In this document: positions 1 through 7,849 of the stretch, piece by piece
Numbering within the stretch: position 1 is the stretch's first letter
Layout of the letters: each line of letters opens with the position of its first letter
NCBI GenBank assembly: GCA_002937995.1
Contig: PTLG01000001.1
Span: 1-47,983, forward strand
Reading direction: 5' to 3'
Source of the DNA: Alphaproteobacteria bacterium MarineAlpha3_Bin7
Lineage (GTDB): Bacteria; Pseudomonadota; Alphaproteobacteria; Rhodospirillales; UBA2165
DNA: 47,983 nucleotides
The notes under the pieces: model-generated
The model's database searches: none
Told to the model about the DNA's origin: nothing
What the model saw: only the letters and a program-made list of their open reading frames with translations
Position numbers and translations under genes: made by a program

Positions 1-84
1 AAAAAAAATAGAATCTGGTACGTCCCGCCTGGCGAAGACCCACTGGACTTTAGAAAGTGGTGGCCCGAAGTTTTAAACAAATAG
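1..84 (+). CDS. 3' end of a gene cut by the window edge; ends in a W-Y-V-P...F-x-K-W-W module (DUF5710-like)
   Basis: Frame +1 reads KKNRIWYVPPGEDPLDFRKWWPEVLNK, then TAG at 82-84. The same short module recurs twice at the N-terminus of the next gene. Confidence 0.4.
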   Translation, partial: KKNRIWYVPPGEDPLDFRKWWPEVLNK

Positions 85-174
85 ATCACTCAGGAAACTT
101 TCAACGTAGCAGACAGAGATCATGAAAGAAGTAAAAAAGAAAAGTGGAAAAAATAAACATAGTATAGGCTATTC

Positions 175-1407
175 ATGGAATTGGATAAGAGATTATATTT
201 GATTGTACCCTATAAAGAAAAGGACATCGCAAAAGAGAGGGGTGCTAGATGGGATGCAGACGCCAAATTTTGGTATATAGAGGCAAATCTTGATCCTTTG
301 GAGTTTCAGAAATGGTGGGGTATTTTAGAGGATACCTATGAAGATAAGGAGCACATTAAGTCTATGGGAGGGGTGTTTTCGGGAAAGCTCAGAGCCTGGT
401 ATGTACCCAGTAACTTAAAATTTGATAAATTCAAAGAGTGGTGGCCTGCAGTTTTAAAAGAATACATCTTTGAGGACTGCTATATTCTGGAGAAGTGTAT
501 CTTTCGAGGCGGTCAGTCTGATGTTTTTCAGGCTCGCTCAATAAAGGGGAGAAATAAATATGCCGTAAAGTTGTTTTTGTCCGGTGACACACAGGAATTA
601 GCAAAGGATCTGGAGTTAGGTTTCCAAAAAGAAACTCGTGCGTTATTTGAGATGGACAATAGCAAGTATGTTATGAAAGTGCAGACGGCGGGAACTCATC
701 CACTATCCAAGCGTAAATTTGTAATTATGCCCTGGATGCCTATAACTTTAAAAGCGATAATTGGTAAGAGTTCTGAAGAAATAATACGCTTGTTAAATAG
801 TCAAGTGGCATCAACCTCTGATCATAGTGCTAAACACGACCGAGAAATAAAACCCCAGATCTTGCAAACTTCAAATAGAAAACAAGATAGATGGGTGGAA
901 CTATTCAGTAATTATCTTTTGCCTTTACTGGATGGTATAATTCATTGCCATAAAAACGGTTTTTATCATCGAGACATTAAACCTGATAATATCTTTCTAC
1001 GGCCAAAAAAATTAAAAGATAAATTTATTTTTGAGGTGGTTTTGGGTGATTTTGGGATAGGGAAGAACTTTGCCAATCCAATAGTCAGAAATAGGACACT
1101 AGTTGGGAATTATAGTAAAGGTTGGCGACCCGAGAAGGATAAAATGGAAAAAGAGGAGACCTGGGACTTATATTCTTGGGCTGTAGTTTCCATGTCGCTA
1201 GTAACGGGCATACTTCCACAGAGCCCTGAAGACTTCGATAAAATACAAGAAAAGCAGTTGTTAGCCCCGTTGTTAGGGGAGCAAATTTTTGATCTATTAT
1301 CTCAAGCAAAATCGAGCAAAGCTAAAGAGAGGCCTAAGGATATTAGAGAGTTCCGAAAAGATATTCGGAAGTATACTGCTGTGCGTGCTGAGGCAATAGG
1401 GGTTTAG
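175..1407 (+). CDS. Ser/Thr protein kinase with two N-terminal DUF5710-like modules
   Basis: 410 aa. The N-terminus has two repeats: LIVPYKEKDIAKERGARWDADAKFWYIEANLDPLEFQKWW and ...GKLRAWYVPSNLKFDKFKEWW. Kinase motifs are YAVKLF (Lys), HRDIKPDNIFL (catalytic loop) and LGDFGIG (DFG). Confidence 0.8.
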   Translation: MELDKRLYLIVPYKEKDIAKERGARWDADAKFWYIEANLDPLEFQKWWGILEDTYEDKEHIKSMGGVFSGKLRAWYVPSNLKFDKFKEWWPAVLKEYIFEDCYILEKCIFRGGQSDVFQARSIKGRNKYAVKLFLSGDTQELAKDLELGFQKETRALFEMDNSKYVMKVQTAGTHPLSKRKFVIMPWMPITLKAIIGKSSEEIIRLLNSQVASTSDHSAKHDREIKPQILQTSNRKQDRWVELFSNYLLPLLDGIIHCHKNGFYHRDIKPDNIFLRPKKLKDKFIFEVVLGDFGIGKNFANPIVRNRTLVGNYSKGWRPEKDKMEKEETWDLYSWAVVSMSLVTGILPQSPEDFDKIQEKQLLAPLLGEQIFDLLSQAKSSKAKERPKDIREFRKDIRKYTAVRAEAIGV

Positions 1408-1408
1408 C

Positions 1409-2122
1409 ATGAAATGCACAATCGAAGCGTATTCTAGACAAGGTCCTGATCGAAACAAAAACGAGGATGCATGTGGGTTTGCAGATATTGTTCTTTACGG
1501 CAAGAAAGAAAATACGGGAATTTCAAGTTTTGATGAGACAGATTTTCCAGTTTTAACAATTTTGGCGGATGGACTTGGGGGGCACCTTGGGGGGGATATT
1601 GCAAGCCATATGGCGATAGAATTTATATTGGGTTCTTTCCGTAATTCTCCAACACAATTTCAAATTGAAAAAGTAATTGTTGAGGCTCACGAAAAAATAG
1701 AAGACGTGTCGCAAAATCCAAGTCATAGGAGTGCCATGGGAACAACTCTTGTAGGTGCCCTGATAGATAGCCAGAAAATTATTTTTTTTAATGTGGGGGA
1801 CAGCCGGGCCTATACAATCCAAAATAACAATATATCTCAGGTCTCGCACGACGATGTATATCCGGGAGAGCGAACCGGTGTAATTTTACAATGTTTGGGT
1901 GGTGGGGGATTAAAAGCTCCTAAGCCACATATTTTTGAAAGGGAAATTAGTGTTGGTGATGGCTTCATTTTAGTTTCGGATGGTATTACCGATGTTATAG
2001 CTAATGAGATAATTTTAGACCTCTTTCTGAGAAATGAAGGTGATTGCGCCAAGAAATTATGTGAAAAGGCGACTGAACTCGGTGGAGGAGACGATGCAAC
2101 CGCACTAATTTGTACTTTTTGA
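1409..2122 (+). CDS. PP2C-family Ser/Thr protein phosphatase
   Basis: 237 aa. PP2C signature stretches are LADGLGGHLGGDIAS, NVGDSRAY, LVSDGITD and GGGDDATALI. The ATG lies 1 nt after the kinase stop, so the two are probably one operon. Confidence 0.85.
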   Translation: MKCTIEAYSRQGPDRNKNEDACGFADIVLYGKKENTGISSFDETDFPVLTILADGLGGHLGGDIASHMAIEFILGSFRNSPTQFQIEKVIVEAHEKIEDVSQNPSHRSAMGTTLVGALIDSQKIIFFNVGDSRAYTIQNNNISQVSHDDVYPGERTGVILQCLGGGGLKAPKPHIFEREISVGDGFILVSDGITDVIANEIILDLFLRNEGDCAKKLCEKATELGGGDDATALICTF

Positions 2123-2244
2123 TAAAACTTTCCCTAAGTGTTGATTCTTTATTTCTTATGAATCAAGATACCACTTAGTTTGTAATTTGTGATAATTGTA
2201 TATCAGGATTTGAATGCAGAGTTGGGCCGAAATAGGCAAAAAAG

Positions 2245-3018
2245 ATGGCTAGACATAGAGGTAAATTCGACCCTGAAAATCCGGAGCCTTATGAATTAAG
2301 TCGCTCCAGGATAGAAAATTTTATTAAGTGTCCGGCATGTTTTTACCTTCAGCAAGTTGAAAAAATACAGTTTCCCAGTTTCCCCGGATTCAACATAAAC
2401 GAAGCAACTGATATATTGCTTAAGAGAGATTTTGATGAGTATAGGGGGGCTAACCGGACACATCCTTATCTCGAAGAACTTGGGCTTGGCCATTTAATTC
2501 CCTTTCAGCATGAAAATTTTGAATTGTGGACACAGAGTTTACATTTTGGAGCGGAGGGTCGTTTTAATACGGTTCACGAAGAAACCAATTTAAAAATTGG
2601 CGGTGGTATTGATGACGTTTGGGAAAATAAGGAGACAGGACAACTCCATATTGTCGATTATAAAAGTACGTCTCAAAAGACGGAAGGTAGAGAAATTAGC
2701 TTAGAGGATAAATGGAAGGGTGCATATAAGAGACAAATGGACCTTTATGTTTGGGTTTTAAGGCAAAAAGGCTTTGAAGTGTCCGATACCGGTTATTTTT
2801 TATACTGTGATGGAGACCGCTTTACCGATCAGATTTTTCTGAGAGAAGATGATGCGCAGATGCGTTTTAAAATGTCTCTTTTACCATATGATGTTTCAAC
2901 AGACTGGATAGAGCCAACCTTAATAAAAATCAAGAAATTGCTTGGAGAGGAAGTTTCACCTGAACATTCACCGGAGTGTGAATATGGCGAATTTATCAGA
3001 CAAATTAATGAGATTTAG
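2245..3018 (+). CDS. PD-(D/E)XK nuclease, RecB/Cas4-like
   Basis: 257 aa. Core motifs are GGIDDV ... HIVDYKS ... YKRQMDLY (D / D-x-K / Q-x3-Y). Cys residues are N-terminal KCPAC, plus YCDGD and SPECEYG in the C-terminal part. Confidence 0.65.
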   Translation: MARHRGKFDPENPEPYELSRSRIENFIKCPACFYLQQVEKIQFPSFPGFNINEATDILLKRDFDEYRGANRTHPYLEELGLGHLIPFQHENFELWTQSLHFGAEGRFNTVHEETNLKIGGGIDDVWENKETGQLHIVDYKSTSQKTEGREISLEDKWKGAYKRQMDLYVWVLRQKGFEVSDTGYFLYCDGDRFTDQIFLREDDAQMRFKMSLLPYDVSTDWIEPTLIKIKKLLGEEVSPEHSPECEYGEFIRQINEI

Positions 3019-3020
3019 AA

Positions 3021-4037
3021 ATGAAACATAACCAAACCATATGTAAGGCAGTTTCTTGTCTGGTGTTTTCAGCAATTCTAATGTTTTCCCATGCCGCAAA
3101 GGCTCTGCCACCTTGTCCAGAAGACAATAGTGAATGGCATATGTGTATTGGAACATATGATTCTGAGTGGGTTAGGGGTGGTGTGTTCAAAGGTGAGTGG
3201 AGAAGCGGTCGTCCATACAAGGGAACGGAGACCTATAGAAGTGGAAATCAAGCAGGAGAAAAATATGTAGGTATTTTTAAAAAAGGAAAACCCCACGGTT
3301 ATGGAAAATACTTTAACTCCGACGGGAGTACACATGAAGGTGAGTTTAGGCATGGATTGCCCAACGGTGAAGGCAGATACACAAATGCAAAAGGGGAAAA
3401 AAAGGACGGCGTCTGGAAGTCTGGACTATTCATAAAGTCGCAAAAATTTATCAGCGTAGAAGAGCAGTTAGCTCTTGAGAAGGAAAAAGCAAGCCGAGCT
3501 ATAGAGACAAAGGTTAATACACAAGAGGTAAAACCCCAAATAACAAAGCCGTTAAAAAAGGAGAAAAGCCTCTCCTCACTTAATTTGAAGAGGATACAGT
3601 CGGCACTAAAAAGTCAGGGTTTTTACCGAGGTATTCCGGATGGAATTTCGGGTCCCGGAACTATACGGGCAATTGAAGAATGGCAAAATGCCAATGGATA
3701 TTCGGAAAGTGGTATCCTCAGCGACCAACAGGTTATTGAAATTTTAAGGGGTCATAAACCAGATTTAGCCATTGAGGATAAGGCCTCAGAGAAATCTAGT
3801 GCAGGAAGCTCAACTGGAACAGTAAAAGACTCAGACAGTTCTGAAGATATGGATTTGGGTGCGATTTTACTTTTATCTGGAATTGCAATGTTTTTTGTTG
3901 GTGGTTTCTTGATTCCAAAGGAGGACAAAAGATTTAGTACAGGATATAAAAATAATGCGAAAGCGCCAGGTTGTGCTTTCCCAATGCTAGCAATTGGTTT
4001 TTTTGCAGGCATTATTGGTATTATTATGTTACTCTAG
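3021..4037 (+). CDS. Exported/membrane protein with MORN repeats and a peptidoglycan-binding (PG_binding_1-like) domain
   Basis: 338 aa with a signal-peptide-like N-terminus. MORN-type repeats: YVGIFKKGKPHGYGKYF, HEGEFRHGLPNGEGRYT, KDGVWKSG. PG-binding-like segment: IQSALKSQGFYRGIPDGISGPGTIRAIEEWQ. Two hydrophobic helices at the C-terminus. Starts 2 nt after the previous stop. Confidence 0.65.
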   Translation: MKHNQTICKAVSCLVFSAILMFSHAAKALPPCPEDNSEWHMCIGTYDSEWVRGGVFKGEWRSGRPYKGTETYRSGNQAGEKYVGIFKKGKPHGYGKYFNSDGSTHEGEFRHGLPNGEGRYTNAKGEKKDGVWKSGLFIKSQKFISVEEQLALEKEKASRAIETKVNTQEVKPQITKPLKKEKSLSSLNLKRIQSALKSQGFYRGIPDGISGPGTIRAIEEWQNANGYSESGILSDQQVIEILRGHKPDLAIEDKASEKSSAGSSTGTVKDSDSSEDMDLGAILLLSGIAMFFVGGFLIPKEDKRFSTGYKNNAKAPGCAFPMLAIGFFAGIIGIIMLL

Positions 4038-4063
4038 AGTTGCAAATTAGGGAGGAGGTAATA

Positions 4064-4495
4064 ATGGATAAACAGGCAAACATAACACAATTTGCTCGTG
4101 TAACGGCTGCAGTATTGTGGGCCGATGAAAAAGATACACCCGAAGAATGGGTAGCAGCTGAGGCACTTTTTCTTGAAAATAACTTAAATTGGGAAGAAGC
4201 AAAATCACTCGTTGAGGAAGAAATTGAGGCTTTAATCGATGAGGATGAGGAGGGCTCCGAGAGTGAGGAGGATGAAGACCTGGCCTTTGGTGCAATTGAT
4301 CTTGGTGCCGGTGTTGACCCCTATGAAGTTCTGGTTGGTCTAGCGAAACTGGCATGTGCAGACAAGGAGCTTACGTGGAATGAAATCGACATGATACATC
4401 GCCTGGGGGAGGCCATGAATATTCAGGGTGAGATGGTATCGGCAGCATTACTTACAGCGGCAAGCAGTGCTGATGTAAGTGTTGTTTTAGATTAG
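4064..4495 (+). CDS. TerB-like (tellurite-resistance TerB fold) small acidic protein
   Basis: The ATG at 4064 is preceded by GGGAGGAGG (4050-4058). The ORF-track start at 3971 overlaps the previous gene and lacks an RBS. 143 aa. TerB-like segments VTAAVLWADEKDTPEEW and LAKLACADKELTWNEIDMIHRLGE flank an acidic linker. Confidence 0.55.
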   Translation: MDKQANITQFARVTAAVLWADEKDTPEEWVAAEALFLENNLNWEEAKSLVEEEIEALIDEDEEGSESEEDEDLAFGAIDLGAGVDPYEVLVGLAKLACADKELTWNEIDMIHRLGEAMNIQGEMVSAALLTAASSADVSVVLD

Positions 4496-4505
4496 GGAGA
4501 AGATT

Positions 4506-4775
4506 ATGAAAAATAATCCTTTTTTGTTTCGATTTAGAACTGGAGATCAACAGATTACAGATAATTCTTCTGATATGGATGAATTATATTTTTCCCTGGA
4601 TAAAAATGTAAACCTTACCAAAGATGGAGAAATTTTCTGGTCTGCCAGAACACGCAGGCGTCCAACTTCGTGTCATACTTCTGGAAAAAGATTAAAAGCC
4701 GGTTATACGAGAAGTGGTAAATGGAAGCCTTCAAAATGGAGACCGGCAAGGCGTGATAAACGGGCAGGGAAATAA
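4506..4775 (+). CDS. Small hypothetical protein (89 aa); candidate ATP-grasp substrate/precursor peptide
   Basis: AGGGAGA lies 5 nt upstream of the ATG. N-terminal NPFLFRF, an acidic Ser/Thr-rich middle (TDNSSDMDELYFSLDKNVNLTKDGE) and a very basic C-terminal third. Confidence 0.4.
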   Translation: MKNNPFLFRFRTGDQQITDNSSDMDELYFSLDKNVNLTKDGEIFWSARTRRRPTSCHTSGKRLKAGYTRSGKWKPSKWRPARRDKRAGK

Positions 4776-4948
4776 GTAGAAGTGTTAATTAAAGAACTCA
4801 TACCCCACACCTTAAAAAAAAATTTGGGGAAGTTGTTATTCCTGATTGCCGGGAGCGCAAACATCTAGGTAATCAGTGGCACCTCGATGATCTTCGGTCT
4901 CTGATTTCCTTTGATCGGGAGTGGGGTGGTTTAGTAGGACCCGATTGT

Positions 4949-5314
4949 GTGCTTGTAGAGGCGGGTGATATTTTAGCTGTTAGAACTTCCTCAGGTCTTT
5001 TTACCTGGCACAGTCATACTCATGGGGTATGTAGATTCTCTGAGGGAGACTGGGTATCTTTTATTCTCTCTTCGTCTATATGGTCCCTGCTTTTAACACC
5101 TGATAATTCTCAGGTCTATGTAAAGCGATCTGGTTCTCTTTTGAGGGAATGTACAAAATCTATTGTTGGTTATTCTCAAAATATTCCTTCAAATTATCTA
5201 AGGGAGCGTCGATTTATAAAGTATATTGAAAATAAAACTGCACAAAAGTATGACTTGGTAACGGAGCGACAGATAGCAGACGCTCTTGGCATAGAGTTAG
5301 GAGTAGGAAAATGA
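4949..5314 (+). CDS. Hypothetical protein, start uncertain; C-terminal HTH-like segment
   Basis: GTG start in the ORF track. The stop overlaps the ATG of the ATP-grasp gene (ATGA at 5311-5314). The frame stays open upstream to 4793 without a canonical start. The C-terminal TERQIADALGIELG is HTH-like. Confidence 0.4.
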   Translation: MLVEAGDILAVRTSSGLFTWHSHTHGVCRFSEGDWVSFILSSSIWSLLLTPDNSQVYVKRSGSLLRECTKSIVGYSQNIPSNYLRERRFIKYIENKTAQKYDLVTERQIADALGIELGVGK

Positions 5315-6330
5315 CTCGCTCAATTCTTGTGCTTGCAGAAGATCATGATATTCATGCGGATGCAGTCTACGATATGATAAAACAACGAGGAGGTCGTGCC
5401 CACCGTATTAATCCGGAAGTAGATTGGGGTGATACCAATGAAGAGGCCTGGGAGTTACCAAATGGTGAAATAACCTGGCAAGTAGATGGTCGAGTGGGAC
5501 ATAGAGGAAATATAAAGTGGGGAAATCAGGAATTTAATTTAGGCGACATAGGGTCAGTATATTGCAGAAATTTTAGTTTTGCACAGCCGCAGGATAACAG
5601 TTCCATGGAAGAACAGCTTCGCTTGACGGAGAGTTCGGCTGGGCTCTCCCAGACCCTGCAAACAATAAACTGTTTTTGGATGAATGATCCTTTTCATGAA
5701 CTCAAGTTTGATAGCAAGCTTGTTCAGGCCATTGCCGCGAGGAAGTTTAATCTGTTAATACCAAAGACTTTAGTTACCAACAGGCCTTCGGACGCCAGAG
5801 AGTTTATATCAGTAAATAACGATGGCACAGTGATAAAGCAGTTGGGCGACATGGCTTTTACAGATCTTGAGGATCAGTCCATGCAGTCCTTTGGATTTTA
5901 TACTGCGAAGCTGGAGAAGCAAGATCTCGATCAGCTTGATGATGTACGTAATGCACCCTGCCTATTACAGGAGCATATAATAAAATCTTCTGATATAAGG
6001 GTTACGGTAGTTGGTGAAAAACTGTTTGCCCACGAGATTGACTCTCAATCGCGGGCCAAGTCAAAGATTGACTTCAGGAATGTAGAGGACCTGCCAATAT
6101 CGGATTTTGATTTTCCGGTTGAGACGGGTGATAAATTAAAAAATTTATTGCAAGCTAATGGTATTGAATTCGCGGCATGTGATTTTATTTTAACACCCGA
6201 AAATGAGCTATTTTTTCTAGAGGCAAATGTTTCCGGAAACTGGATGTGGCTCGAAACAACTGAAAAACATCCCATACTCGATGCAATTGTCGATAGGCTC
6301 ATAATTATGTCGGATCATCGTAATCGCTAA
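5311..6330 (+). CDS. ATP-grasp ligase of the microviridin MdnC/MvdD (RimK-related, graspetide maturase) type
   Basis: 339 aa. Pre-ATP-grasp N-terminus: ILVLAEDHDIHADAVYDMIKQRGGRAHRIN. Other matches: LIPKTLVTNRPSDAREF, DIRVTVVGEKLFAHEIDSQ, KIDFRN, FAACDFILTPENELFFLEANVSGNWMWLE. This follows, by memory, the layout of MdnC-type macrocyclases. Confidence 0.7.
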   Translation: MTRSILVLAEDHDIHADAVYDMIKQRGGRAHRINPEVDWGDTNEEAWELPNGEITWQVDGRVGHRGNIKWGNQEFNLGDIGSVYCRNFSFAQPQDNSSMEEQLRLTESSAGLSQTLQTINCFWMNDPFHELKFDSKLVQAIAARKFNLLIPKTLVTNRPSDAREFISVNNDGTVIKQLGDMAFTDLEDQSMQSFGFYTAKLEKQDLDQLDDVRNAPCLLQEHIIKSSDIRVTVVGEKLFAHEIDSQSRAKSKIDFRNVEDLPISDFDFPVETGDKLKNLLQANGIEFAACDFILTPENELFFLEANVSGNWMWLETTEKHPILDAIVDRLIIMSDHRNR

Positions 6331-6757
6331 ATCGAATTTTTTGAACTTTTCCATTAGTGGCATCTACTAGAATTACGGTATCTGTATTTCCAACCTTTGT
6401 ATATTCCAGTAATTGTCGGCGTGTCCCTCGGTTCTTGGTTAAAGCTGCATCCCCAGTCTTTACTTCTGCGAGGTATTTAAGGCCGTCTTTTTCCACTATA
6501 AAGTCGGGGCGGACATCAAACTCTTGTTTCAAATCATCGACAAACATATATCCGGGAAAGGACACTTGCGACTGCACCACTTGGTACCCGTTTTTTTCTA
6601 GAATTTTAATAGCGTTTTCTTCACCCAGTTGTCCTCTTCTTCTAATACGGGAAAAAAGGAAGTTTTTCCAGGCTTTACGAATACGCCATCCAAGCCACAT
6701 GAAGAATAGAAGAATTATGACGACCCCAACTAGATAAAGTATATTTTGATCAGTCAA
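6305..6757 (-). CDS. Membrane-anchored restriction-endonuclease-like (PD-(D/E)XK) protein
   Basis: 150 aa. N-terminal TM helix LYLVGVVIILLFFMWLGW. Then GEENAIKILEKNGY ... VRPDFIV ... LAEVKTG ... RRQLLEY, a pattern of E / D / E-x-K / Q. The 3' end overlaps the convergent ATP-grasp gene by 26 nt. Confidence 0.5.
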   Translation of the reverse strand: MTDQNILYLVGVVIILLFFMWLGWRIRKAWKNFLFSRIRRRGQLGEENAIKILEKNGYQVVQSQVSFPGYMFVDDLKQEFDVRPDFIVEKDGLKYLAEVKTGDAALTKNRGTRRQLLEYTKVGNTDTVILVDATNGKVQKIRFSDYDDPT

Positions 6758-6781
6758 AATAAAAATTTCCTAAAAAGATGG

Positions 6782-7288
6782 TTAGGGGCTTGCGATGGCG
6801 AATGTGGCTTTGAGATCATTTAGCTTCTTTTGATAACCCAGTGGGTCATCTATCATCTTGAGAAAAATGTGGCCCACTCCCATGCCCGATATACATACAT
6901 CGCCATAATCAAATATGCGTCCTAAGATAGACTGGTTTAGATTAACTTCTTCCATCCGGTCTATGCGTATTTCTTCCGTTTTTCGAATAATCCAGCCCTT
7001 TTTCTGGATGAACCTTAGATTTGTTAGGACTCTCTCTGTAGTCCACTTCTTTATCATCATATATAGGAAAATTATTAAGCCAACGGCTAGACCGACCACA
7101 CCAACAGACATAATCACTTCAATTGCATTTTGAGTTTGTTCCTCGGTGTAAAGTAAAAATGATCCTATTATGCCTGTTCCACCAAACAGAACTAGAAAAA
7201 AATAGGCGCTAAAAGTCCAAAGCCAGTGAAACTCCACTTCATACTCTATTGTCTCTCCAGTACCAAGGGTGCGCGATACATAACTCAT
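6782..7288 (-). CDS. Membrane protein with bacterial PH (bPH_2 / YdbS-YdbT-like) domain
   Basis: 168 aa. Two TM helices follow GETIEYEVEFHWLW. Then RVLTNLRFIQKKGWIIRKTEEIRIDRMEEVNLNQSILGRIFDYGDVCI, which is typical of bPH_2. Confidence 0.65.
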   Translation of the reverse strand: MSYVSRTLGTGETIEYEVEFHWLWTFSAYFFLVLFGGTGIIGSFLLYTEEQTQNAIEVIMSVGVVGLAVGLIIFLYMMIKKWTTERVLTNLRFIQKKGWIIRKTEEIRIDRMEEVNLNQSILGRIFDYGDVCISGMGVGHIFLKMIDDPLGYQKKLNDLKATFAIASP

Positions 7289-7354
7289 AGGTATTTCCTC
7301 AAAACCTGTTTAAAATTACAAAACCCTACATTCAGAAGATAATTCCTAGTTATT

Positions 7355-7759
7355 TTAGTCCTCTGGATAGATACGCCAGTCGCCCCCGTCGTCTTCAGCA
7401 ATAACAGCTTCATATTCACCTAGGTCAATTGTAGAGGATGCCCATCCTCCCATGTCTGATGACCACTCTTCTAGAAATTCTTCGTTAAAATTTTCCGTGA
7501 TTGCTGCCTCTACCAATACCCAGGCCGTGATTACAGGGCCTTCATCTTCCAGAGTTATGCTAACTTCACCATTTTCTTCCGTAACCTCAAAGTGAGTTTC
7601 CTGCTTTTCAGGATTTGCAAATAATTCGTTTCCGGCATCATCTGACTGGGAGGGGGAAAATTCAAAAAACACTTTTTTTTCTGTTTTCCAGGTATCGTAG
7701 TCATCGGGGTTTTCAAACCTGAATGCCGCCCTGTCAATATGCCATAACAACTTTTTCAT
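7355..7759 (-). CDS. Strongly acidic hypothetical protein
   Basis: 134 aa, very rich in Asp/Glu, with no recognisable motif. First gene of a three-gene minus-strand unit with the bPH and nuclease genes. Confidence 0.5.
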   Translation of the reverse strand: MKKLLWHIDRAAFRFENPDDYDTWKTEKKVFFEFSPSQSDDAGNELFANPEKQETHFEVTEENGEVSITLEDEGPVITAWVLVEAAITENFNEEFLEEWSSDMGGWASSTIDLGEYEAVIAEDDGGDWRIYPED

Positions 7760-7849
7760 TTAAAATAACCATTGTTGTATTTCTTGCTGAGTTTTGAGTA
7801 TAGTAGTATAGGAGATACTTTTCAAATATCAGGAGTAAATGGCAAAAAG

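Noticed and set aside
3971-4063. N-terminal extension of the TerB-like ORF proposed by the ORF track
   Set aside because: The extension overlaps the end of the MORN gene and reads as unlikely sequence (MCFPNASNWFFCRHYWYYY). The internal ATG at 4064 has a strong GGGAGGAGG Shine-Dalgarno.
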